A DNA stretch of 64,000 bases, from the NCBI RefSeq assembly GCF_000143415.4, contig NW_003314261.1:4022880-4086879 (forward strand), written 5' to 3'. Numbering within the stretch: the stretch's first letter is position 1; every line of letters starts with the position of its first letter. A program made the translations under genes and the position numbers. Origin of the DNA: Selaginella moellendorffii (lineage: Eukaryota; Plantae; Lycopodiophyta). The notes under the pieces are model-generated. The model ran no database searches. It saw only the letters and a program-made list of their open reading frames with translations, and had not been told where the DNA came from. Below, in pieces: positions 38,637 through 50,738 of this stretch.

Positions 38637-39058
38637 AATAAATAGCACCCAACAGATGTTCCGATTGTCTTGGAGCGAGCCTCTGGAGCGATGAATAGCT
38701 CAGCGGCTATACCGGTTGGATCATCAGCGGGAGATCGCGTACCATGATCTATACAAAGCGCCAAACATGTCATACTCCAAGGACCAACACGCCGGATCTT
38801 TGCGTCTCATAGCAGCCCATGTGTAGAGCCTAACCCATCGCCACTTTGGAATTAGTCTACCATACGTAAGGTCCTCCTGGAAAACTCGTATAGAAGTATA
38901 TATGAGGTCCTCTATGTTCCACTCCCATTGCACAAGAGATCTCACACTCTGGTCGATCACAATTCGGAGGATCGAGCGACACTAATTGCATTGGAAGTTT
39001 GGTCGGTCTGGATCTCGAGTCGAGTGAATTGGGTGATAGATAGATCGCATTGTTTGCC

Positions 39059-41571
39059 ATGGCCGTGGGTCGCGACGCGCTCCACTCGAATGATCAAGAT
39101 GCGCTGGACCAGCCGCTGCTACTGGATCCGGCGAAACTGGAGGCCGAGATGCGGAGCTGCAACCACGATCCGGATTGCCCCGGATGCAGAGTTGCCTACC
39201 TCAAACATCCCAAAGCCAGCGCTCCCCTGCGGCTGCTCCTCGGCCTCGCTTTTGTCCTGCTTTGCACCTGTAAGCTCCAAGATCAAGATCACTACGCGCT
39301 AGCTAGTGCTTTCGTCATAAGAAGTTTGATTCTATCCTTTTTTATCAGCTCTGCCAATCTCGGTGGTCTATCCCTTCGTCTATTTCATGGTACGGGGCGG
39401 GATCTCATGGATCGCATCGATTGATTTGTTTTCTTGGCAATTTTGGTTTCGATTCATAGGTGAAAGACTTCCACATTGCGAGGGTGGACACAGACATTGG
39501 ATTCTACGCGGGGTGGATTGGTGAGGATGAAACTCTGGAGCTTTGATATGTTGTGCTGATCAAGAGATCCACTCTTAGGATCCTCTTTCATGATCGGGAG
39601 GGCGTCAACCGGGATCCTGTGGGGCAGCATTGCCGACAGATTCGGTCGGAAGCCAACAATGTTCGCGGGCGTCGCCTCGGTGTAAGTGGTGGATGCATTC
39701 CACATTTCGTTCGATCTTCTTTGCGTCGAAACATATTTAGTTCTCGAGGAGTTCTTCGCTGGTTCATGGCTGATGTTCGTGTGCAGGGTTGTGTTGAACA
39801 CGCTGTTTGGGCTGAGCACCAATTTCTGGATGGCCGTCACCACGCGCTTCATCCTCGGCTGCTTCAATGGGATGCTGGGCGTCGTCCAGGCCTACGCATC
39901 GGAGCTCTGCAATGAAGAACAGCAGCCGCTTGGACTCTCTGTGGTAAATCATTCTCGCATCGCAACAAGAAAAATTTGATTGGTGTCTCGTTGGTCGTCA
40001 GGTAGGGACCGCTTGGGGATTGGGACTCATCATCGGCCCTGCCGTGGGTGGCTACCTGGCTCAAGTAAGACCAAACAAGAAAAGTTCGCTCAAGAATGTA
40101 ACGCATCGTTTTGGTGGTGTGCTGCTCAGCCAGCTCTCAAGTACCCAAGCGTCTTTACGAGCGGGTCACTATTTGATCGGTAAGGCACTGAAATCTCGCG
40201 GTGTTCTCACTGACACTTTCGTTGTTCTATCTTTTCAACTTTCTCTCTGGAAGGTTTCCATACTTGTTACAGGCCCTTTGCATTTCCTCCATCGCTGTTT
40301 TTGGTCTATTCGTTGTCTGCCTCCTACCAGTAAGGCTGGCTGTATGGACGAGAAAAGAAATAGAAACTAATTTTCGTGGTTTCTATTGTTCAGGAAACTC
40401 TGCACAGGAAAAGCTCCGTGCCAAAGGTGGAAGACTTGGAGAAGTCGAATCCACTCAATTCGAAAGAGGAGAAAGTGGAGTCCATTTTCAGGAACTGGCC
40501 TTTGATGGCTGCTACGACGCTATACTGTCTTTGGTCGCTACATGATATGGCCTACAGCGAGGTAAGAAGAAAAAGCAAGAAAAGCTGTGAATCTATCTTT
40601 GTTCTTGCAGTTGTTTTCGTTGTGGTCCGTGAGCCCAAAGTCGTACGGGGGTCTCGGTTTCACGAGTTCTCAAGTTGGATCAGTTCTAGCGGTTGCAGGT
40701 TCCAATGTTCTCTTTATTCTTCAAACAAAAATGTTGGAACTTGTGTTGCAGGCTGTGCAATGCTTGGAGCTCAACTTGGAGTTTTTCCTACAGTTTGTAG
40801 AATGGTTGGACCGATCCGGGCTTGTCGGTTTGGAGCCGTAAGCTACAACACTTTTTTGTTTCTTCTCAAGCGTAACATTCCTTTTGTTTTGTTTTGTTTT
40901 GAGCAGCTCATCACAATTCCTCTGCTGGTAGCATATCCATACTTTGGCAGGATTCAAGGACCTTGGCTTTCAGTAACGGTCTATGCTGCCGCGATTCTCA
41001 AATACATTCTCACGGTAACCTTGTCTTTCTCTTTGCGTTCCAGTTTTCACACTCGTAAATCTCTTCCAGACCGCAGTATTGACGGGGTCGTTCATCCTCA
41101 TCAACAATTGCGTGGTACGTTAGAGCTTTTCTCCGAAGAAAAAAGAGCTGCCTCTCTTTTTTTTTTTTTTTGCTTGACTCTCATCATGTTCTCCAACAGA
41201 AGCAACGCCAGAGAGGAGCCGCGAATGGTTTCTCGCTCAGCATTGTATCCGTTTTCAAAGGACTGGGCCCAGCGATTGGAGGAATAGTGTAAGTTCTTCG
41301 AGAGGAAAAAAGATTCGCGAGGAAACACTGACTTTGATTCCTTTTCAGCTTTTCTTATGCTCAAAAGAGACAACACTCATGGTTCTTCCCAGGTAATGTT
41401 CCAAAATCCTTTTTTTCTTTCCTTCTTCTTCTTGTTCTTACTTTATTCTGACTGTTTCCAGGCGATCACTTGGTGTTCCTCTTTCTCAACGTGTTTGCGC
41501 TGCTCACGGTTCTCACATCTTTCGAGCCATTCCTCCCAAAATCGGCCAACCGGCTAATTGCTGACGACTGA
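39059..41571 (+). CDS. ZIFL1: MFS transporter ZIFL-like; tandem copy 2
   Basis: Same exon structure as copy 1, with alignable introns. Confidence 0.92.
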
Positions 41572-42119
41572 TAGAAGATAAAACCAAAGATTCTTTGCGA
41601 GATCGAAACGAGATCTATGTTGTAAAATTTGTTCTTTGCGAGTGTGTAAGTTTTTCGCGAGAGTAAAGAATATTTTAGAGGACCGAGAACATTCTTTCCA
41701 GACTGTCCATGTCATACCGCAGTGAGTGCTGAGTAAGCACTGCCACATCGGCAGCTGAGTAGTGAGTCAGCAGGAGTGCGTGGGAGGAGGAATCTAGGGC
41801 AAAGCAGGGGAAGTGACGAGCACGACGGCGATCTCCGCGTGGCGCGCAGCTGGCTCGCCTCGAAGGGATCGGCGGGGCGTGGCTGCTCTCGAGATTCGTC
41901 GAGCGCCCGGCAAAGATCACTCATAGATGATTCGTCGGCGACAGACGACGAGCTTTGGGATGTGAGACAATGAGCTAGCGAGCGACCTCGCGATTTCCGC
42001 GGCCTCGGCTCCAGCGATCAATCATCTCATATCATAGGCCGCCCCAGGAGGTAGGGATCGATCTCGCTCCTTTCGCTCTCCTCCGCGCGGGCTAGTTTTC
42101 GAGCGATCAGGGCTTGGGT

Positions 42120-44588
42120 ATGGAGGAGAGCGTGATCAAGGAAGAATGTGGGGTCACCACCGAGGAGGCAAAGGGCGTAGTGGAGGAGGAGAAGAGGGAA
42201 GTCATTGAAGAGGACAGGCACAGTCGCGAGGAGGAAAAAGAAGAGGGGGGATTTGACAAGTCCACGCGGAAGGAGAGCAGTCCCGCGGTTTCACTCAAGC
42301 CCGACTTGAACGAGATCGATCGCGAGGAGGAGGAAAGGGGCGAGGAAGAGAAGAAAGAAGAAGCTGACCAAGATGTGGTGGTGCTCTCCAAGAGCTCCGG
42401 CAGTCCCGAGAAGCTAGAAGCGAAGGACAAGGCGATGGCTACTCCAGCGAAGGATGATTTGCTGCTCACGCTCGGTGGGAGCTGGGGCGCTGGCGAAAGT
42501 AAGAAGCTCTTCCCGCCGGAGACGACGATCAAGGCCAGGAAGCCGTCTTCTTCGCTGGGAGGAGGCGGCGGCGGTGGTGGTGGTGGTGGAGAGATATCTC
42601 TGTCACTGGGTTCTTCCGGGTGTAACGCTCCCTCGGCTTCACTGGTGAGTGGGAAGATGAGCGTTCGCTCCATCTCGAACACCACCACCGTGAACACTAG
42701 ATCCTTCGTCCACAATCCCAGCTGCTCGCTCACGCACAACTCGCTGGATGATCTCAACTCCAGCGCGACGCAGTACGTTGCTGGGCACGAGAACGAGACG
42801 GTGTCTCACGGTGGTCTCTTCGGTCCTCAGGGGATCATCCAGAGAAGTAGGAATCCTTTCCCGGACAGTGGAGCTCTCGCTGCTGCTGCTGCTGCTCACA
42901 AGAACAACGTGGCCACCACCACCACCAACAACAACAATGGCACCACCACCACCACCACCATCACCAGGAGCAGCAACAGTGCCGGTTTCCAGCACCAGCA
43001 CCAAGTTCCACCACCCGTCAAGTGGAACTCTTACAACTTGGAGCAGTATCACGCCTTGTTCCCAGATCTCAAGGAGGGCTTTCGAAAGCACGCTGGTACG
43101 CGACGGGGCAAGCACAAGGCGGCCGAGGAGAGGTCCCTCCAAGGAGAGAACCGTGTGGGGCTGTACGAGGTGGCGGCGGATCCCGTAGCGGTGGTGGCCA
43201 ACAAGCTCCAGGAGCTCCCGGATATCTTCCTCGAGGACTTGAAGAAGTCACTCACGGAGATGCTCGGCAGCGTGGAGAAGCGGGACGAGTTCCTGCGGCT
43301 GCAAAGAATCCTCCAGCGGCGGAACGACCTCTCGGCCGAGAACCTCTACGTTGCCCACCGCACGCAGCTGGAGCTCCTGGTGGCGATGAAGACGGGCATC
43401 CAGGCTTTTCTTCTCTGCGAGAACCGGATGTCTACTGCGGCTCTCGTGGAGGTTTTCCTCCAGAAGCGGTGCCGCAACTTCGCGTGCCAGAACCAGCTCC
43501 CTACTGACGACTGCGACTGCCAGTTTTGCTCACAAAAGGAGGGATTTTGCAGCGGGTGTATGTGCATCGCCTGCTCCAAGTTCGACTTCATGGCCAACAC
43601 TTGCCGCTGGGTTGGCTGCGACTTTTGCCTCCACTGGTGCCACACCGACTGTGGGATCCGACTGTCGTATATCAAGCCCGGGAGTGCTCAAGGTGGAAAG
43701 CAGTCGGAGATGCAGTTCGTGTGCGTGGCTTGCGGCCATGCCTCGGACTTGTTTGGCTTCGTCCGGGAGGTGTTTACGACGTACGCCAAGGATTGGAGCG
43801 CCGAGACTCTGCGGCAGGAGCTCGACTGTATCCAGAGGATATTCCGGCGCAGCCAGGACTCTAGAGGGAAACAGCTGTGCTGGATTGCCGAGAAAATGCT
43901 GGGCAAGGTGGAGGGATGCGGTGACACTTCCGAGTTATGCGAGACGATCGTCCGGTTCTTCCAAGGTAAAAATCTTGTTTTTCCTAATTTTCGTTAACGA
44001 AAACGCTGTCCTGCAGAGGGGAAGATCGATTTGGAGACGGCCAAAGTGCAGCAGCAGCAGCAGCAGCAGCATGGAGGTGGAGAAGTTCCTGCGGGTGCGG
44101 TTGCAGTTCGAAGCGGCAGCTACGCGAATGCTGCGGAGGAAATGGTGGCGAAGAGCAAGAGTGGTTCTGGGAACGGCAACTTGCAGATTCTCGACCGGGA
44201 GCTCGAGGCCAAGAGGAACGAGATTGCCGAGATGCAGTACAGCCGGGCGAGGAAGCGGAGCGAGATCGAGGAGATGGAGAGCGCCATCCACATAAAGCAG
44301 GCCGAGGCCAAGATGTTCCAGCTGCGAGCCGACGAGGCCCGGCTCGAGGCGGAGAGGCTGCGGAAGATCGTGCTGGCCAAGAGCGAGAAGATGGAGGAGG
44401 AGTACGTCGCCAAGGGGTACAAGCTCCACGTTAACAACGCGGTGGAGAAGAGGAAGCGGTGCTTTGTGGAGTACCAGATGCTGGAGAAGGGGCTCCAGGA
44501 CTTCAACTCGATGAAGAGCAAGCTGGTGACGGACGTGCACGACGTGCTCATGAAGATGGACGTGATGAAACGCAACAAGATGCTGTGA
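42120..44588 (+). CDS. OBERON-family PHD-finger protein (OBE3/OBE4-TITANIA-like); intron about 43966-44017
   Basis: FVHNPSCSLTHNS, RCRNFACQNQLP.DDCDC.FC, CSGCMCIACSKFD, WVGCDFCLHWCHTDC, EMQFVCVACGHASDLFGFV; C-terminal coiled coil KQAEAKMFQLRADEAR. Confidence 0.93.
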
Positions 44589-45578
44589 GTGGGGGTCGAG
44601 CTTTTCCGATAAGAGAGAGAGAAGAAAGATCGCAAGAGCTCTCTGGAGGAAAGAACACACACAGGAAGAAGCGAAAACTTCGTCACAACTGGTAAATCTT
44701 AGCTCATTTTTGTTAAACTTCCGAAAGCTTGCTAGATCAAGTTTGGGTGTGGACGTTCTTAGAGAGCTCCGAGAAGGAGGTCCTTGTTATATGGCCGGAC
44801 TACTCTGTGAATAAGAACCCAACGCTTGCTTGTGAAAAGAATCGAAGATCCCTATGGATTGTTTGATCATGCCCAAGAACAAGGAGTATGGAACCATCCT
44901 CGCGAAGTACTCGATCCACGGTCCGATCCAAGGCCCCGCGCGCTAGATCGAAGGCGCCGCACCGCTAGTACATGCTGACCAGCGGGAATTCGATGTGGAA
45001 TCGGGGGCGAGAGATCGAGATCAGGAGGCGTGTTCTTGGCATCGCTGGAAGAGGGCAGGCGACTGGTAGCGAGATTCCCAGCGATCGCGAGCGATGTGAT
45101 GCGCTCTTGCTGGGTCCTCGCGCGTAATGCCAGCGATCTAAAAGCGCTCGCTCCTGGATGGAATCCCTCCAGATAGAACAGTCTCGCATTTGCCCCGTCA
45201 GGGCATTTGCTGGGATAGACTGCGAGAGGGCATTCGATCAAAGATCTCTTTGGCCTCGGCGTCTGACGAGTCGCGCGGTCTGGCTGATCGAGAAGACCAT
45301 GGGATGGGATGATTTCTGGACGAGAGAGTGGAGCTTCTTGGTTGAGTTTGGCTCTGGCAAAAGCTTAAGAGATTCTAGGCTGGGTTGGAGCCTGCCTTGT
45401 TCTAGAGCGCTTGCAAGCTTATCACTGTGACTACCAGTGACAAGAACGATGGCGATCTTTTAGAAAAACTATCCTGGAAGAACTAGAGGCATGAAAGACC
45501 ATCACATTGTCAAAAGAAAAGCCCAGAACCGGGATGAAAATGAAGTACCAGCAACAACCACCACCGTGGCGAGAAAAC

Positions 45579-47073
45579 TCAATAGGAGCTCGTCTGGTTC
45601 TTAGTTGTGAACACCATTTCATCAACAGAGAAGCTTTTCTTCTGCAAAAAAACAGGATCAAAATCAGAAAGTGAGAAGAAAAAATCTTCTTTCCTACCTG
45701 TTTGCAGCAGCCGCCCTGGCAATCCGAGTACTTGCTCGGACAACACATGTACTGCGAGCACTTGGATCCGATAGCCGGTTCTATGCAGCAGCAAGTCATT
45801 GCCGAGGGACAACTCTGGCTGCCACCGCAAGGAGGTGGCTTGCTCCCTGGAGCTGCTCCAGTCGGATAGGATGGGAACGCATTGATGTTGAGAATACCAT
45901 ATGGTTCTCCTCCCTGTCTCTTGATACGGATGTATCCGCCTTCGCCCCAGCCATAGCCCCACGAGTTTTTCGCGATCCAGTAGGGAACACCGTTGAGAGT
46001 ATCATATCCAACAACGAGGAGTGATGTAGTGGTGACCGCGTCCGCGAAAGGTCCAGTGTAGATTCCCTGTCGCGAGGGAAAGATGTCAGGAAAATAAAGG
46101 ATAGCTGCAATTCACTTACGCTGCGGTAATTGATGAACTGCGGCGTTGTTCCGTCGACTATCACCGCGACAGGCTGCTTTGCAACAGCATTAAGCAGTTC
46201 TGTATCGTCACTTGACGAGTAGATCCTCTCCACGCCAGAAATGGTAACCAAAGAAGATGGCTACCAAAATCAAAGATTCAAGAGTTCAGTAAAGAAACCA
46301 AATGTATAGAACAAGAAGAAAGAACTCACGAGTGGTTTGCATTGTCCAATTGTCCCAGTGTATGGATAAAGTTTTTCAGTCGTCAAGCCATTCTCCGCAA
46401 CGTAATCCAGAGCGAAAACGGGATCGAGAGTGGTGCATTTGTTTGCCTCGTCAACACAATCCAGGAGCTGCTGAGCGGAAAGGTCCTGCAGCCTATTGCC
46501 GTCGATTGCGAGCCTCCCCTCCACGGCTCCAGTTGCTGCATACGTCCAGCTAGCTCCTGAAAATGCTCAAACCCGAAGTGTCAGAAAAGAGAGAAGCAAG
46601 GGATGTTTTTTCTTGCCTTTGCAGCTGCTGCCAATGTCCTTCACGCGAGCAACAACAGCTCCCTTTCGCCTCCAGTCAATGGACGCTGGTGCAGCCACGC
46701 TGGAGACCTCCTCCTTGACGGAGCCCCACTTCTTCATCAGATCCTTGACGTCAACACGAGGGAGCCGAGCTTCCATTTCTTCCTGGCTCTGGTCCGAGAA
46801 CTGATTGAGACCGAGCTGGTAAGAATGCTGCTGGCTGTTGTGAGCCTGGATCTGGAACAGCTTCTCCTTGAACACTTCCCGCCTGAGCAGCCTCTCATCT
46901 TCAGTGCCATACCTCTTCCCGTGCTCTTCGCACCACGCATCAAACAATGCAGTGATGCGGTCTTCCGACTCAAGATCGGCCGGCGAGAAATCCAAATGAC
47001 CACCGTGCGCTGCCGCAAGACCAAATGCCACTACCAGTGAAACGAAAACAACAAGCGACCGGAGGCTCGCCAT
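45579..47073 (-). CDS. Papain-like (C1A) protein with I29 propeptide and granulin domain (RD21-like); catalytic residues replaced
   Basis: Signal peptide; LGLNQFSD; SIDWRRKG; [14 protein letters not shown] (cf. DQGxCGSCWAF); LSAQQLLDC; AVAKQPV; [10 protein letters not shown] (cf. DHAVLAVGY); [16 protein letters not shown]; granulin CPSAMTCCC...CCP. Confidence 0.88.
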
Positions 47074-47211
47074 CTCTGCCTATCCGCTCTTGCGGGCCTC
47101 CTCCAGTTAACCGTCCTTTATATCCACAATCTCACCACCACGAGGAAAACGTGTCGTCGCACGAGGAAAACCAGTCGACGAAAAAGCTTCATGCCAGTGT
47201 CCTAGTCCCTC

Positions 47212-48237
47212 TTATATCGGTGGCATCCGCAAGTGTATGTCTCCGTTCTCGCACGTCGTGTCCCCAGTCCACTCACTCTGCTCTCCCTTGTAATCCGAAT
47301 CTACGACCCCGAAAACACCACTGTGAGCTCCCCCCAGTGGCTCGTCCTCAAAGTGGTCGAAGAAGGCCCTCCCAGACCAAGGCCAATCGTCGTTCCACTT
47401 CCCTCTCATGGCTGTTGCTCGCCACTCCTGGTCAGCGATCATCTCTGGAGTGAGCCCCCAGTTCTCAAGCTCCTGCCTGCTGTGGTGCACGGCTAAACTG
47501 TACTCCCCTCCACTCCCGAGCTGCATCACCCTGATCTCGCAGTTCTGTGGATTGTTGAGCAGCTCGAATTGCTCCGTCGTCCACTTGAACCACCGCATGA
47601 GAAACACTCGCATCGTCAGCCCGTGCGAGACGATGATGAGGTTCAAGTCGGATGACTTTGAGCGGTTTAGCCTGTTCATGTCGATGTCTCGCCATAGAGA
47701 TTCGAGAAAGCCTGCCGCAAAGACGAAGAACACTACGTAAGAAAGACAAAGAACACACACAAAAAAAATAAAGCGAGGAAACGTACTTGTGACTCGATCA
47801 AACACATCAGCTGCCGATTCCCCCTCTGGAAATCGATAGAAAAATCGCCCAAATCTATCCCGAGTCTCCTTCACCACTTTCATCACCTCCATGCACTGGA
47901 AGTTCCCGAAGTCCTGCTCGCGGATCCGTGGCTCCTCCCTCACGCCCAGGATGCGCTCCTTCTCAAACGCCCGCCCGATGCCGCGCAGCGTGCAGCGCGT
48001 CCGCTTGTACGGCGAAACGTAGAAATACACCTTCCAGTCGTCGCGCACGTCGCGCTCGATGATCCTGCGTACCTCTTGCCCGCACGCGATTGCCTGCTGG
48101 AATCCGCCCTCGGTGAGATGGATCTTGTAGTCCGCCACGGACGAGTACTTGGATTCGTCCACATTCCCCTCGCTCTGGCCGTGGCGCACCAGGATTATCC
48201 GCGTCGGCCGCCGCGCCCTGCTCTCCTCGGCCATCAT
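47212..48237 (-). CDS. Phosphoglycerate mutase-like histidine phosphatase (AT74-like); one in-frame intron about 47714-47788
   Basis: IILVRHGQSEGN, FYVSPYKRT, EPRIREQDFG, FFYRFPEGESAADV, IVSHGLTMRVF. Confidence 0.93.
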   Translation of the reverse strand: MMAEESRARRPTRIILVRHGQSEGNVDESKYSSVADYKIHLTEGGFQQAIACGQEVRRIIERDVRDDWKVYFYVSPYKRTRCTLRGIGRAFEKERILGVREEPRIREQDFGNFQCMEVMKVVKETRDRFGRFFYRFPEGESAADVFDRVTSTFPRFIFFVCVLCLSYVVFFVFAAGFLESLWRDIDMNRLNRSKSSDLNLIIVSHGLTMRVFLMRWFKWTTEQFELLNNPQNCEIRVMQLGSGGEYSLAVHHSRQELENWGLTPEMIADQEWRATAMRGKWNDDWPWSGRAFFDHFEDEPLGGAHSGVFGVVDSDYKGEQSEWTGDTTCENGDIHLRMPPI

Positions 48238-48481
48238 CCGCGCGAATCGCGATCGATCGTAAACCCTAAACCTCTTCTTGCAAGAACCCTGATCGCAATG
48301 CCCGCCACCGCCGATCGCGAAACAAGCGCTGGAATGCCGCGGTGGGATTGGCGGCGACGCCGCTACTTATACGCAATTCCAGCCTCCAATCTCACATCCT
48401 TCCCACCCACATTCGCGCCGTGGTCGCCCATCGCCCACCTTTGACACGAACAAATAAGCGATCGTGATGCCACGATCTCGC

Positions 48482-48560
48482 TGACGTGGTCGGCCAGCCG
48501 GGAGTGGCCTGTCGCTGACGTGTATCCCCGCGTAGTGACGTGTTCATGTTTGCTGACGTG
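48482..48560. promoter_or_regulatory. Cluster of four TGACGTG (bZIP / ABRE-as-1 hybrid) boxes upstream of the AT74-like gene
   Basis: TGACGTG at 48482, 48516, 48536 and 48554. Confidence 0.6.
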
Positions 48561-48676
48561 TTTTCACAATAGTTGCCAGCGTGTCAAACTTTGGGTTTAT
48601 TGAAAGAATTTCTTTGGTTTATATACACAGTTCTTCTTTGTCCTAGCTATAGAGCTCCAATTCGATTCTTCTTGTT

Positions 48677-50119
48677 TCAAGAGCTCCTCTCCCAGCTCAC
48701 GATCCCATCGCCCTCTCGCCCAAAAAACTCCTGCATTGCTCCATTCGTGGACGCCAGCTCCATCTCCCCGGCGATCCATCCCTCCTCCCCCTGGCTCAGC
48801 GCCCTCGACAGCCTCAAGATCTCCTTCTCCGTCTCCTCCCTGGCGAATCCTCCGCCATCCTTGGAGCTAAACTTCTCAAACTCGTCGCCGCCACCACCAC
48901 CACCACCGCTACTCGCTTCCAAAAACTCGGTCGTCGTCCCCAAAACTTCGCCTTGTTGTTCTTGCTCTTCTTTCTCTTCTTCTTCTTCCTCCTCATCCTC
49001 CTCCTCCAGCTCCTCCTCCTCCTCTTCTTCCTCCTCCTCCCGTACTCCTCCAGCCACCGCCTCCACGACCTCCTCCTCGTCTGTGTACTCCGACTCCCAG
49101 TCCTCCTCCTCGGGCGGCGGCGGGAGATCGCTCTCGTCGTCGTCCGAGTCCACATTCTCTCGATCAAACCGGTTCTGGAGCGCGCGCCGCCGGAGCACAA
49201 ACACGTTGAAGTAGTAGCTCACCAGCTCGCGCCGCCGCCGCGATGGGAACGCGTAGCGCAGTGGCGTCCAGAAGTTCCTGCGCTGCGACGCCGGGTTGAG
49301 CCTCACCACCTCCCCGAAGATCTTCTCCTCCTGCTCCGTCCACCTCCGCGACACACACTCCCCCATCTCCTCCAGCCCGAGCTTGACGTAAACCAGCGCT
49401 CCCACCTCTCTCGCCACCTTTCCCCGGCTCTCGTCTACGTGCCGCCTCGCGCACTCCACCGAGCCCCGATCTTCGCAGCCACACTCCTGGCTTCTACCCT
49501 TCCCTACGCGCTCGCTGTCGTCGCAAGAGCTCTGGATTTCTTCCGGAGAACCCGGCGGCCAGACCCTCTCGCCGATCCAGGCTTCCTCCTCCTCGTCCAC
49601 CTCCTTGGGCTTGTCCGGATCCCAGTGGGGAACCTCGGCCTGGTAGTCGGGGCCGATTGGAACTCCTTTGATCCTCGGCAGGAGGCCCTCCAAGGCGGCC
49701 TGGAAGAAGCGCGAGGGAGCCGGGGAGCTGATGCTGGATTCCTGAACCGGGAAGCACAGCTCCAGGCTCGAGATCTCCTGGGACGAGCTGTTGTCCCGGG
49801 TTGGCTCCGAGGAGCCTTTGAGGCACGCTTCCGTGCTCGAGTCGTCGAAGCGGACCTGGAAGAACTTGGAAGACAAAGTTTGAGACAAGAGAATCGAAGA
49901 TGGAAAGAAAGATTGGAGTACCTTGTGGTTGTGGTGGTGGTGGTGGTGCTGGAAGTTGTCCGATGGATCAATGTCCACTACCTCGTCCTCGGCTCCCCCG
50001 GACTCTAGAACAAACTCGTCCTCGCTCTTGCGCGTCAAAGCCTCGTCTTGGTGCTTCAAACACTTTGCGGGCGGGAAGGAAACACAGTGCTCGAGCGATC
50101 GCTTGTGTTGTCCTATCAT
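48677..50119 (-). CDS. ELM2 + SANT/Myb-like domain protein
   Basis: VPIGPDYQAEVP (ELM2), CGCEDRGSVECARRH, WTEQEEKIF...NFW..L...FPSRRRRELVSYYFNVFVLRRRA; acidic tail. Confidence 0.88.
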   Translation of the reverse strand: MIGQHKRSLEHCVSFPPAKCLKHQDEALTRKSEDEFVLESGGAEDEVVDIDPSDNFQHHHHHHNHKVLQSFFPSSILLSQTLSSKFFQVRFDDSSTEACLKGSSEPTRDNSSSQEISSLELCFPVQESSISSPAPSRFFQAALEGLLPRIKGVPIGPDYQAEVPHWDPDKPKEVDEEEEAWIGERVWPPGSPEEIQSSCDDSERVGKGRSQECGCEDRGSVECARRHVDESRGKVAREVGALVYVKLGLEEMGECVSRRWTEQEEKIFGEVVRLNPASQRRNFWTPLRYAFPSRRRRELVSYYFNVFVLRRRALQNRFDRENVDSDDDESDLPPPPEEEDWESEYTDEEEVVEAVAGGVREEEEEEEEEELEEEDEEEEEEEKEEQEQQGEVLGTTTEFLEASSGGGGGGGDEFEKFSSKDGGGFAREETEKEILRLSRALSQGEEGWIAGEMELASTNGAMQEFFGREGDGIVSWERSS

Positions 50120-50738
50120 CGCGAACGAGACTGTCGAAAGAAAATAATCGATTCCATCAAACATCCCCAGGAGTACAATCAAAATTCGCTAAATTGCCTC
50201 ATACAAAAATTATCAAAGAAAAACAACTTGCAAGAAAAAAGGAGTTAAGGAAAAAAAAATTATCTAGGGTTAGGGCTCGACAGGGAAAAACACCAAACGC
50301 ACCTTTCGATCTCGAGGATTGTCACAGATCTAGTCCCCAAGAAATCCTCCAGGAACAAGATCGATCCGGAGAGAAATCAATCTAATCGAAAATTCTCGCC
50401 ACGAGAAAAAAAAGCCCCAAAATTCTTCGCTACCCTAAAAACCCTAGCTGCAAGGAGCGAGCGCGATCCACAGCCTATAGCCGCGCCGTGGCCATGCCAA
50501 TCCAATCCAGTCCCAACCCAAATGGATCCCCACTCCAAAACCCAAGTGGGTGTCTAGGCGAAGCTTTTGGCTATGGCGGACGGTACCACACAAAGCCCGG
50601 GGGAGAGAGACGGGTCCCTTTGAACCACTTAAACCAGGTAGCGCCGGAATATTCCATGCGGCGGAAGGAATATTCTGGCCCCACAAAGACACGTCACTGC
50701 CCCTTTTCTCTAAAAACCCACCAAAACTATTTGACCTT

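Noticed and set aside
44850-45430. Possible PPR or other gene fragment between the OBERON-like and papain-like genes
   Set aside because: Only a faint LFD-MP-like string; no repeat periodicity
48953-50008. 351-aa plus-strand ORF
   Set aside because: Antisense shadow of the GC-rich, Glu-rich ELM2-SANT CDS
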